Part shown: positions 9,001 through 14,504 of the stretch, one piece after another
Position numbering within the stretch: the first letter of the stretch is position 1
How the letters are laid out: each line of letters starts with the position of its first letter
NCBI GenBank assembly: GCA_046538155.1
Contig: JBKHJL010000013.1
Location: 1-23,649, forward strand
Source of the DNA: Candidatus Micrarchaeia archaeon
GTDB lineage: Archaea; Micrarchaeota; Micrarchaeia; Anstonellales; Bilamarchaeaceae
Direction: 5' to 3'
Length of the DNA: 23,649 nucleotides
The notes under the pieces: model-generated
Databases searched by the model: none
Seen by the model: the letters and a program-made list of their open reading frames with translations, nothing else
Told to the model about the DNA's origin: nothing
Position numbers and translations under genes: made by a program

Positions 9001-10194
9001 AGGGAAAGCATGCCAAAAAAGCTCAGACAGATTTTTGGGTTGGTAGTTAGGGGAAAACTGGAGGAAAAACTCAACAGTTTGCCAAAATACAAAGGACACA
9101 AGATTAAGAAAATTGAAACCATAGTCGGATTGCGCGGGGCATTCGCGATTACACTTGCAAAGGGCAAGGGAAGAAAAAAAGTGTTTGTAAAGCTGGAGGA
9201 CCTGAAACCTGCAGAACTTGGGAAAGAACTGGCAGAAACGACCGGCCTTTTCAGTTCTGATATCTATTATGGCTTTGAGCATCCAACCGGGTTGAAAGTG
9301 GGCAAGGAAAAAGTAATGCAAAAATTCGGCATAATTGAAGATATCCATGAATATGCTGGAAAAACTGTCAGGATGCGGGTTCCAACCGGAAAAACAGATT
9401 CAGCAGGAAGAGAAATTACAAGTACGGAGCCAGTTAGGGTTATGGGTGTTTCCATGGTTCTGCATGAGCTTTTAGTTAAGCCGGATACAAAAAACCCTGT
9501 CCATGAACTATTTTACAGGATGATGTCAAGCAAGGAGGGCAGAAGAAAAATATTCAAGGCATGGAACAGATACCACGAAATGTCAAGGAGAGTTTTGCTG
9601 GGCGACAGGCATATGCGGAATACTGCACTAATGGTAGTAAAAAGGAGGGGTTCAGACCAGCTAACCCTCACCTTCCAGCCAATAGATATGGACATGGTGG
9701 CCGATTTTGGAAGCAAAGGGGGCAAGCCTAATTTTGGAAGTATGGCCAGGGATTTCAAAGAAGGGACAGCGTGGCTCCTTGACACTATGAGCAAGGTTAG
9801 TGGAACAAAGCAGATGGGTGAACTTACTGAATCGGGGCACAGGCTGGGGCCAGAACAGGGGGTTAGCTTTGAACAGCTGAGAAAGGAGTATTATGATGTG
9901 GGCTACCCGACTTTTGCAGAAGACACCCCCATACACAAAGTATCCAGAATATTCAAGAAATGGAAGGGCAAGCCTTTTGGACCTGGTTTTGAGGTTATGT
10001 CTCCGAAAGAACCAAGAAACATTGGAGACCTATCTAAATATGGAGGCACAACAATGATAAGAGTAGATGATGCAGGAAGGTTCATCCTGTATAACCCAAA
10101 ATACCTTGCAGATGTTGTAGAATTCGGCCTTCGGCCCCAGGAACACATTGCGTTCTGGAGGGAGATGCGCAATATAGAGAAACCAAAAAAATAA
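1..10194 (+). CDS. Giant multidomain protein, 5'-truncated (>=3397 aa): coiled coils, hydrophobic segment, internal repeats, HExxH zincin-like motif, C-terminal PI3K/PI4K-like kinase domain; putative effector/toxin
   Basis: Frame 1 has no stop from base 1 (VFRYEGRKLEKK...) to TAA at 10192-10194, so the TTG at 67 is not the real start. The coding strand is strongly purine-biased and the protein is E/K/R-rich. Motifs: HEHNH 6025-6039, VFVKLED 9181-9201, GDRHMRN 9601-9621, PIDMD 9679-9693. Confidence 0.93.
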   Translation, partial: VFRYEGRKLEKKDAELAREIERLQERNRGMGGRERIAGQISELKAQRKKIWEKAGKAEEYAEMEKEWEENQAKIADLDEERMKLREKMEENGELIQKNEKGIEIVGGLAKTDSLEHEIERLEKENGELEQQIANLDVEQDRVKRKIDEMRLGPNEIDGVIEGTWIEEGEERVSIADAERVVEETIGEADKVLEEVTKGSKYAALESLILDSSRHAEELSAMSKSKGPIASSAYEANIEDFKDRAKTHFEKSREYLADGNYREARKEYEEGIDELRQMAATAKRRNTKRGASYSAFEEEAKTRINAWDILMEEAPVQPSEPEKMEEYKKKLAAYKEKRQRALAVIGVLNNADINRASLHGWRLGYLGTDELGDTEQLVDGVLRKEDSLALASLNSAQHDLANIRLRIHEGNTRADWIETGVRIGAELIVPQAMLTSILTAPIDYMGQTGEFSWDAAASAGVMAVGRALRMPVITEVMGKSMRYAKLVKAYGMLEIGYFSGVSGYHAGLGLQEWRKTGTLHVDTASSALFALLPLTHRPGVQKFKRRLVRKAAERLGLAEKNGFFTLKMHMEEPAGEMQWRYGAPEGSLREGVSATRAEALKMPKPTTRPEKRPVARETEFRTRLSEVESKIKEAEGLREQERETGRPSARRKRLEREAAEQLREMEIEVLETLGGKIAVGKEGLGVIPEGFAIARAGPGKRISPELLRGSLANLRQHAGISPKGRVTEAAPEEAKKVEREEKWLSYYALLKGRPPESELGNLAMEKTYRADEQRDALRDPKFRKEMESLKGKKELEEAIARKEERAKEIEERVSSGEELKLWEELAEAKKMRAEAQLLRDKLNGVNSAKRLELEYERASTLFKWERFYSRLEGRLPDSSYQDELILHRLRTRTEQEALRDPKFRKKMEGLKGKKELEEAIARRENENDALEGYLEEGFDFVEDYRNFVQYEKNRAEIEILRDKLENRNTKKRWKQEEKRIIEEAQEEGQDVDVSGVDKFVPAERPSVLPKPEEAKAKLLPAEKGKRKAKRNLEILGITELTKIKEIEQKIGADKLKQRANALARTFRGIEETGRKVVEANPELLTKPQAEFEADVRRLRQTRKIVTRIKKVADEKDLKLPEEMITDVRPYLSENFQDEIIWYFARQQVENILKRRAKEAERVGEEVPLDIRAAVEARFDGSTTGPWGKEFILKGKTYSGGEVKELGEVIHYAEKMVRGERTVIPLELRPAVEELAGNAEFKKSVEILKGLEKVGEPSAYHFRNQARSKEFKLALEALEETGLWLPHEWTRVRLGGEQAEMRSDLPETWTGIKEGQMFNVETRKPGEPGKTWEIRYDGEMEGNRMYTIMRGPVPEVRGTTRVAKPGETPFEGISRGLNRISGEIKGREFKQLSPSEVDKLLGKELLVPPEKKLSPKARAEEMKVLENRIEILEKRVKKLEAKMLRAEREGRESEANDAYRELEYTYYELGDRRADLGRLQRAAERLAEPRKKGSRVREEGKGHSAELKNKLDAETARRRGEGEEFTMDEPYFEEGYGGLLPRRKKKAKIENYPDVDEFHAIKKLEGEELTEVQIENAMKLSARGNDLILEGVYGKQDLTSPDFSIVCNKEGKIIAFGKKAPPGYEGETHTAYIHVDIKTGEMKVRGIRKPEIKGLEGLKIRKSMAEQRAELEKEYGLKPESLPKPEVEAGNVEPALGKIKIKAKKHPPPEVEIIKPRSQVWKKHEKRIEQARKEGVLPFTLEGELPKSFEKHYSEIEARAKELGMTKAEKEKFISAWEEIFEKLMVLAESGVTSRGKAPRPKLIRYIEAFNTLSLLTGKMTGKRNIKNKTEALQFAEYYSRQTPLGLSETAKSSVEIKPTTTDVESNPELLKALSRSIRNAENTEKGVKELVVVMKELNLFGEEVGFKGEYVLKAFERGGVEEALPLLNRVLNPEGTYLFLNKQTGKLAVAKVEGMIISGEHFAIAIKPAEGFISPFTGGRGAAKYDPDARISIIDATRAKEWQRLILDRHEHNHHRDTNSGYTREVRTIGPEEIVIPRSEEYLKAGELTHQLSKRENPREIMKYLKDLRTDAEWGTAAEIMLEHISHKAKNPENPTLAEIRETSKLVQNRNERLELEIETMGLKLLEETKSAEGAIARLSGYLAPNVARARPLQAEAARYLMDRISEFSVDPAKPTRGAVKLSIEPLVQTKRYQYLSEITKWIEKKDSLEAKLSLLQLYRNSDNPLKVTAANIFMKNLGLEKSPARGLGLEEIAGATERVKELLANSYALEALEGLSAGQEWVRREHPGLSESQTIQKYLMEYGKGGYGQKLAAEMLLNYIDQVPRGPEGSPKAEDILNALSDARILISERRDRIEAMSIAAEYMFAPFEVSGADVVDMLWERATNPFIPHVYQMAARRILEKTGLGQIALDLNAGRVKREEVTKEAVDQRLKKYMDDEYMDVLGVYWTNVYGKQGKPVPVRPEFIWIPAGETPQAGPKETPTVGVAGGELGGHLPAGKIKLEGGGRGKWKHEVPKKHIPLNREQVIFAVEQNAAGEKLSPKAKEYLSEHFEKRENRFSPYEAPVVARNIAKLLEVVPSQTITRTIKGNRQQIKVYYEPKKGRILTVDKPPKTGEYQEATLTFDPRQGRIITVDVAEGTPGEIPFWRTGGKLKGLQFQESVPGYERIPTEAVVMRAGKQGAGDLPPLNEKQQGYLREHFRRENILYRDAEAIAHNSSVFMGQFPKLKKTRGTITLDMEYNAGNGRLIVPGTKAEEGATVKKAKVTIDLEKGKISKIDLPKETGPEAKERLKTLEGLKFREEITPESPEQEVKHPVQSMEARKGPEAEIPKERGKKYTAKQAIKKLRKLGIEAPPLEAMLERAPPEVRWRIVNSYSKAIKESNRVAKVEEARNARTPEEETAQERKALRDMGLKEIAEKYNGGDTGRMMLLIKELGIEIPSITRGQQLNSSIIRIRSALESGEPARISKVAQEHGIKRGSPEDRASQLKKKLDKFSEELKGLRESMPKKLRQIFGLVVRGKLEEKLNSLPKYKGHKIKKIETIVGLRGAFAITLAKGKGRKKVFVKLEDLKPAELGKELAETTGLFSSDIYYGFEHPTGLKVGKEKVMQKFGIIEDIHEYAGKTVRMRVPTGKTDSAGREITSTEPVRVMGVSMVLHELLVKPDTKNPVHELFYRMMSSKEGRRKIFKAWNRYHEMSRRVLLGDRHMRNTALMVVKRRGSDQLTLTFQPIDMDMVADFGSKGGKPNFGSMARDFKEGTAWLLDTMSKVSGTKQMGELTESGHRLGPEQGVSFEQLRKEYYDVGYPTFAEDTPIHKVSRIFKKWKGKPFGPGFEVMSPKEPRNIGDLSKYGGTTMIRVDDAGRFILYNPKYLADVVEFGLRPQEHIAFWREMRNIEKPKK
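2323..2764 (+). repeat. Two 79-bp direct repeats (2323-2401 and 2686-2764) inside the giant ORF
   Basis: The copies are identical at 77 of 79 positions (2350 G vs 2713 A; 2359 A vs 2722 G) and are 363 nt (121 codons) apart. They encode ALRDPKFRK[E/K]ME[S/G]LKGKKELEEAIAR. Confidence 0.95.
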
Positions 10195-10207
10195 TAAAAT
10201 AGAAAAA

Positions 10208-10726
10208 TCAGCGGATAATTTCTACCATCTTTCCTTTCTTCTTGTCTTGCCCAGTGAGCTTGTCAGACTCTTTCAAAGCCTCATCAATCCAACTCTCAAA
10301 AAAATCCCAGCTTCCTCCTTCCACCATCATGTGCCCAACGCTGGCGGTGAGTATAAACCCTCTCTTCTTGTCAATCAGAGTACAAAAAATATCAGAGCCC
10401 CTGGAACCAATGGAAATAGAATATTCCGGCAATTTCATGTGCCTGCATTTCTCAAGAGACTCCTCATCATAAATCAGGTAGGCAGGAATGTCTTTGTCGG
10501 AAGAAAAATTATCTGTATCAAGCTTAAACAAGTAATCCGGAATTTTCATCTTTTTTATCAAGCCTGTGCTCATTTCACCTAATTTGCCCAAACTGCTGAT
10601 TACTTCTTTTCTTTTGATTTGCCTGGGAAGCTTCCCGCTATTTGGCTCTTTTGTGCTGAAAAAACTGCTTATACCATCAGCAGGGATTTGCGAATTTCGC
10701 CCTGGATTCTTGTTGGCCACAGCCAT
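10208..10726 (-). CDS. Hypothetical protein (172 aa)
   Basis: ATG-started ORF convergent with the giant gene across a 13-bp gap. A TTTAAATA box begins 30 nt upstream. No family recognised. Confidence 0.75.
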   Translation of the reverse strand: MAVANKNPGRNSQIPADGISSFFSTKEPNSGKLPRQIKRKEVISSLGKLGEMSTGLIKKMKIPDYLFKLDTDNFSSDKDIPAYLIYDEESLEKCRHMKLPEYSISIGSRGSDIFCTLIDKKRGFILTASVGHMMVEGGSWDFFESWIDEALKESDKLTGQDKKKGKMVEIIR

Positions 10727-10748
10727 ACATATATTAGGGTAGTTAGGA

Positions 10749-10756
10749 TATTTAAA
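10749..10756 (-). promoter_or_regulatory. Archaeal TATA box (TTTAAATA) for the 10726 ORF
   Basis: First T lies 30 nt upstream of the ATG, which fits leaderless transcription. Confidence 0.55.
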
Positions 10757-10780
10757 TATGTTGCTGTTCCTTCGTAAAGA

Positions 10781-11362
10781 TTAACGAATATAAGGCTCCT
10801 CTTCCGAATAATGCTTGAACATCCTCCCCAGGGGAAACTTATACCTGTTTATTGCAGAAATCAAATCATAAGCAGGTGTTCCAAAAACTTCCGAACAGGC
10901 GCTTAACCAGGAATGAACATCCATGAACCTCTTGAATAGTTCCCCCTTGTCTATACTTGAAAAAAAGGCAAAATCCATGTTCTTGAACATTGATTCTGCA
11001 GTAGAATTGAAGAGCATATAATCAGCAGCACCTCCTTCTTCCTTAACATGAGAGTACAATTTTTCTAGTACATCAAAAAAATAAAGTGCAGTGCTCAGCC
11101 GCCAGACATCATCCTCGAATTCCTCACTTCTCGGGTTGGAAAATTTTGCAACCGGCCTTGCCCTGCTTTCAAAAAGCAATTTGCAATCCTTGGAGACACG
11201 GGTAAACAATTTCCTGGATTTTTGCTTTTGAGAATCCGTAGCTTTGCCATTTCCACATTTCCTGAATTCGCGCAAGTGGAGGGATTCTTTCAGCCTTGAA
11301 TTGTTCTCAATTGCATTAAGGGCTCTTTCATTGCCCGAATCCGCAGCGATTTTTCCCGGCAT
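10781..11362 (-). CDS. Hypothetical protein (193 aa)
   Basis: ATG-started ORF with an upstream BRE/TATA-like element. Basic/polar N-terminus and helical-looking C-terminal part. No family recognised. Confidence 0.75.
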   Translation of the reverse strand: MPGKIAADSGNERALNAIENNSRLKESLHLREFRKCGNGKATDSQKQKSRKLFTRVSKDCKLLFESRARPVAKFSNPRSEEFEDDVWRLSTALYFFDVLEKLYSHVKEEGGAADYMLFNSTAESMFKNMDFAFFSSIDKGELFKRFMDVHSWLSACSEVFGTPAYDLISAINRYKFPLGRMFKHYSEEEPYIR

Positions 11363-11383
11363 AAATATTTATGATGACCGGAG

Positions 11384-11436
11384 ATATAAATTCTTTTCTG
11401 TTTATGTAAAGGGAAACAATAAAAGACATTTATAAA
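11384..11436. promoter_or_regulatory. Divergent archaeal promoters: TTTATAT (minus, 11390-11384, preceded by purine-rich CAGAAAAGAA) and TTTATAAA (plus, 11429-11436)
   Basis: Each box begins 28 nt from an ATG (11362 on minus, 11457 on plus) in an AT-rich intergenic region. Confidence 0.6.
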
Positions 11437-11467
11437 CATTTTGGAACACAATATATATGGTGTAAAA

Positions 11468-12691
11468 GTGGCCCCTCCCCGCAAAATAAAGCTCTCCACC
11501 CCAATAGCAGTAGCCCCTTACAGACAAATTTCTGGAAGGGGAAAATGCAAATGGAACTGCGGGAACAGGTGCATAATCCCCCAACCCCAGGAGCTCAAGC
11601 CCGGACCCGAAGAAAAGAAACGACTGAAAAAAGGGATTCTGGAAAGAACGGAACAACTTCAACAGAAAAAAAAGGAAAGGGACAGTGAGCTGGGGGAATT
11701 GCACGACCTGATATGCGATATCACTCAGCTACTCTCCGGAAGCGTGCTATTACTGGAATACGATATCAGAATGAATGCATTATGCGGAGGGGGCTCATTA
11801 GACTGGGCAGACTATGAAACTGAAGCCATGCCCATGCAGGTATTCTCCATACAGGAAATGAGGGAGCTGATGAAAGGGCATGAACTTAATGTAGACATAT
11901 ATAATGCACACTTCTCCCTTACAAGGAAAGGGCCCCTGCTTGGCATGGACCCATATTATGCTGCACTTTACTCAAACATTGCCTGCCTTGATGCAAACAT
12001 GGAGGAAGACTCATTTGAAACACTTATGCGCTGGGGAGGGGCAACCGGGCTTGAGAGGATGGCCCATCTGCTGGGAGAGCCCCGGCTTGACAGGAAGGCG
12101 CGGAATGCAATTATCAATTCTTTTGGAAAAATCCTCAACGCAGAAAAAGAACCGGAAAACATGATGGGAGAGGAACCCCTTATAGTATCGCTATCCCGTT
12201 TTTCCACAAACATCAGGAGAACAATTAACAATGACGGAAAATCCATGGTGTATTACCTTCGGGACCTCGGGGTTTCCAGGCCCAACCCCGCAAACATCCC
12301 TCCTATGATGGACCGTGCAACAGAGCAGCTTTTCCAGGGAATAATCAACATTTCAGACAGAATGGCAACAATATCGCAAATGGATGAGCTTCCCAGAGAA
12401 AAACGACTTTCCTGGCTCTCAGAATGGGCCAACTCGCTTCTTCTGGCAGTAGAAACAATAGGGGGAAATGGCAACCCCCGGCTTGAGCACCTGGAAAAAT
12501 TCTCCATAAGAAAAAGCAGGATTATGCCTGCACCTGGGGAAATGGATGCGCGTGAACAGATGTTTGCAAGGCACTGCATCCATGTGCTGGAAATAATGGG
12601 GCATATTGAGGGGGCAGCGGCCGATGCAATGTTCCGGGTGCTCAATGCAGAAACGGATGAAAAAATTGAGATTCCGGACCTGGATTATTGA
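11468..12691 (+). CDS. Hypothetical helical protein (~407 aa; start uncertain)
   Basis: Long ORF. The TTG at 11441 is too close to the TATA box at 11429-11436 to be the start, and an in-frame GTG is at 11468. The N-terminus is basic/Pro-rich with CxxxCxxxC, and there is a HEAT-like stretch (GLERMAHLLGEPRLDRKARNAIINSFGKI). Confidence 0.75.
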   Translation: MAPPRKIKLSTPIAVAPYRQISGRGKCKWNCGNRCIIPQPQELKPGPEEKKRLKKGILERTEQLQQKKKERDSELGELHDLICDITQLLSGSVLLLEYDIRMNALCGGGSLDWADYETEAMPMQVFSIQEMRELMKGHELNVDIYNAHFSLTRKGPLLGMDPYYAALYSNIACLDANMEEDSFETLMRWGGATGLERMAHLLGEPRLDRKARNAIINSFGKILNAEKEPENMMGEEPLIVSLSRFSTNIRRTINNDGKSMVYYLRDLGVSRPNPANIPPMMDRATEQLFQGIINISDRMATISQMDELPREKRLSWLSEWANSLLLAVETIGGNGNPRLEHLEKFSIRKSRIMPAPGEMDAREQMFARHCIHVLEIMGHIEGAAADAMFRVLNAETDEKIEIPDLDY

Positions 12692-12694
12692 AAA

Positions 12695-13591
12695 TCAAAA
12701 GCCGAGTGAAGCCAGCAGCAGGGAAAGCAGGCCGCAGAAGAGTGCAGCAAGGGAATACTTCCTCACTGTGGGGAAAGTCTTGTCTTCCCTTGCATAAAGC
12801 AGGTACAGGGAAAGAACAAGGATGGAAATGTCTGCGAGAAATAGGAAAAACCCGGATGCGAAAGAGAGGGAAAGCCGGAACATGAAGGGCACCACTGTGA
12901 GGGGGATAAACAGCAGGAAAAGCATGGATGCTATGAACAGGGAGGGGCCTTTTCCTATGACCATGGGCAGAGTCCTGGACTTTCTTGCCTTCATGTCACC
13001 TTCCACGTCTTCTACAGATTTTACTATTTCGCGGGCAAGACCGGCCAGGAAACCCAGAAATGCAATGTCCCATATTATCTCAGGGGGAGTCTGGACATAC
13101 ACATATGCCCCGAAAAGGAAGGGGATTGCCATGGTGGTTGCAATGAACACGTTTCCGCAGATTGTCACATCCTTAAGCTTCACATTGTAGAGGATTGCAA
13201 ACAGGTTAAAGAAGAGGGCAATTGCGAACGCTGATTCGTTTATAAGATAACCTGCAACTATGGAAACTGCAAAAGAAACCACGGCAATTGCAAGCGCAGT
13301 GGAAGGCTGCACGGTTCCTTTTACAAGGGGGCGCTCAAGCATCCCGTTTATCCTGTCCGCCTCCACATCCATGTAATCGTTGAGAGCAAAAGAACCTATT
13401 TCCGAAAATATAGGCACAAGCATTGAAAGGAAGAAAATGGTTTCAATTGGGGGGAATTCCCCGAGAACAACAATTTCTGCAATAAGAACAGCAATGGCCA
13501 GCATAATCGCATGCTCAAAGCGGACCAGCCGATAGTATTCACCGAACTTCGCCAGGACATCCCGGGGAGTGATATCCTTCTCCGGAAGCAT
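12695..13591 (-). CDS. UbiA-family prenyltransferase, probable digeranylgeranylglyceryl phosphate (DGGGP) synthase
   Basis: Multi-pass membrane protein with the first Asp-rich motif NDYMDVEADRIN..ERPL..G, the YNxxLK motif and the second motif REIVKSVEDVEGD, all typical of archaeal DGGGP synthases. Confidence 0.85.
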   Translation of the reverse strand: MLPEKDITPRDVLAKFGEYYRLVRFEHAIMLAIAVLIAEIVVLGEFPPIETIFFLSMLVPIFSEIGSFALNDYMDVEADRINGMLERPLVKGTVQPSTALAIAVVSFAVSIVAGYLINESAFAIALFFNLFAILYNVKLKDVTICGNVFIATTMAIPFLFGAYVYVQTPPEIIWDIAFLGFLAGLAREIVKSVEDVEGDMKARKSRTLPMVIGKGPSLFIASMLFLLFIPLTVVPFMFRLSLSFASGFFLFLADISILVLSLYLLYAREDKTFPTVRKYSLAALFCGLLSLLLASLGF

Positions 13592-13614
13592 GATTTCATA
13601 ACACAGGAAAGCAA

Positions 13615-13620
13615 TTTAAA
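13615..13620. promoter_or_regulatory. Palindromic TTTAAA TATA-like box centred between divergent ubiA-family and agmatinase genes
   Basis: It sits at the exact centre of the 52-bp intergenic region 13592-13643, 29 nt from each ATG on each strand. Confidence 0.6.
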
Positions 13621-13643
13621 CTCTGCGCCGGCAAGAAAAACCC

Positions 13644-14504
13644 ATGGAACTTCAGTTTCTTGAAAGAAATGCCCGGTTTGATTCTGCGGATGCCTGCATA
13701 CTTCCCGTGCCATATGAAGGCACAGTGTGCTTCAGGGAAGGGGCGGCAAAGGGCCCGGAAGCAATTTTTAATGCAAGCATGGAGGTGGAGGAATATGATA
13801 TTGAACTGGGATTTGAAACAATCAGAAAAGGACTTCCTGAAGGTTTCCACGTTATGGAGCCAGTTGGAGAAGGCAAAAAAAAGGCCTCCGGAGTTGAAGA
13901 AGAAGTCCATTCTGCAGTCTCCGGAATAATTAGGGCAGGTAAATTTCCCATTGTGCTGGGGGGAGAACACAGCATCTCTTCCGGTTCAGTGCGGGCAGTT
14001 GCAGAAAAATTCCCGGATGTTTCGGTTTTGCAGATTGATGCGCATGCGGATTTGCGAAATGAATTCCGGGGGGAGAAGCATTCACATGCATGTGCAATGC
14101 GCAGAATGATGGAGCACGCGGGAAGGGGCGCGCAGGTTGGGGTGCGCAGCATGAGCTCAGAGTGTGCGGAGTACTTAAGCAGGCACCCGGAACTGAAGAG
14201 CTGGGGAAGCGAATTCGAGATTGAGGATGTGCTGGATGCGCTGGGCGATAAGGTATATGTTTCCATTGACCTGGACGGGTTTGACCCTTCGGAAATGCCA
14301 GGGGTAGGGACTCCGTGCCCGGGTGGAATTTCCTGGAAGCGGGGGATTGCGCTGCTAAGGGAGGTTGCAACAAAGAAAAAGATTGTGGGGTTTGACATCG
14401 TAGAGCTTGCCCCGGTTGAGGGGGAAGTAGTGAGCGAGATTTTTGCTGCGAGCCTGCTCTATAAACTGGCAGGATACTCACTATTCCCCGGAAGGCTCAG
14501 ATAG
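13644..14504 (+). CDS. speB: Agmatinase (ureohydrolase/arginase family)
   Basis: Conserved motifs GAAKGP, GGEHSIS, DAHADL, HACAM, SIDLDGFDP, PGVGTP and FDIVEL. Confidence 0.9.
   Translation: MELQFLERNARFDSADACILPVPYEGTVCFREGAAKGPEAIFNASMEVEEYDIELGFETIRKGLPEGFHVMEPVGEGKKKASGVEEEVHSAVSGIIRAGKFPIVLGGEHSISSGSVRAVAEKFPDVSVLQIDAHADLRNEFRGEKHSHACAMRRMMEHAGRGAQVGVRSMSSECAEYLSRHPELKSWGSEFEIEDVLDALGDKVYVSIDLDGFDPSEMPGVGTPCPGGISWKRGIALLREVATKKKIVGFDIVELAPVEGEVVSEIFAASLLYKLAGYSLFPGRLR

Noticed and set aside
3850..9590. Other HE dipeptides (PHEWTR, LHELLV, YHEMSR) as additional zincin sites
   Set aside because: They lack the second His of HExxH.
281..10172. Many 60-250 aa antisense and alternate-frame ORFs inside the giant gene (likewise inside smc and agmatinase)
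   Set aside because: They are S/F/L/P-rich shadows of a purine-rich coding strand, with no motifs or independent start signals.
10208..10726. Cognate immunity gene for the terminal kinase
   Set aside because: It is convergent and separately promoted, whereas immunity genes are normally co-transcribed downstream. There is no positive evidence, though it is not excluded.
11546..11572. CKWNCGNRC as a radical SAM Fe-S motif
   Set aside because: The spacing is CX3CX3C rather than CX3CX2C, and no radical SAM barrel motifs follow.
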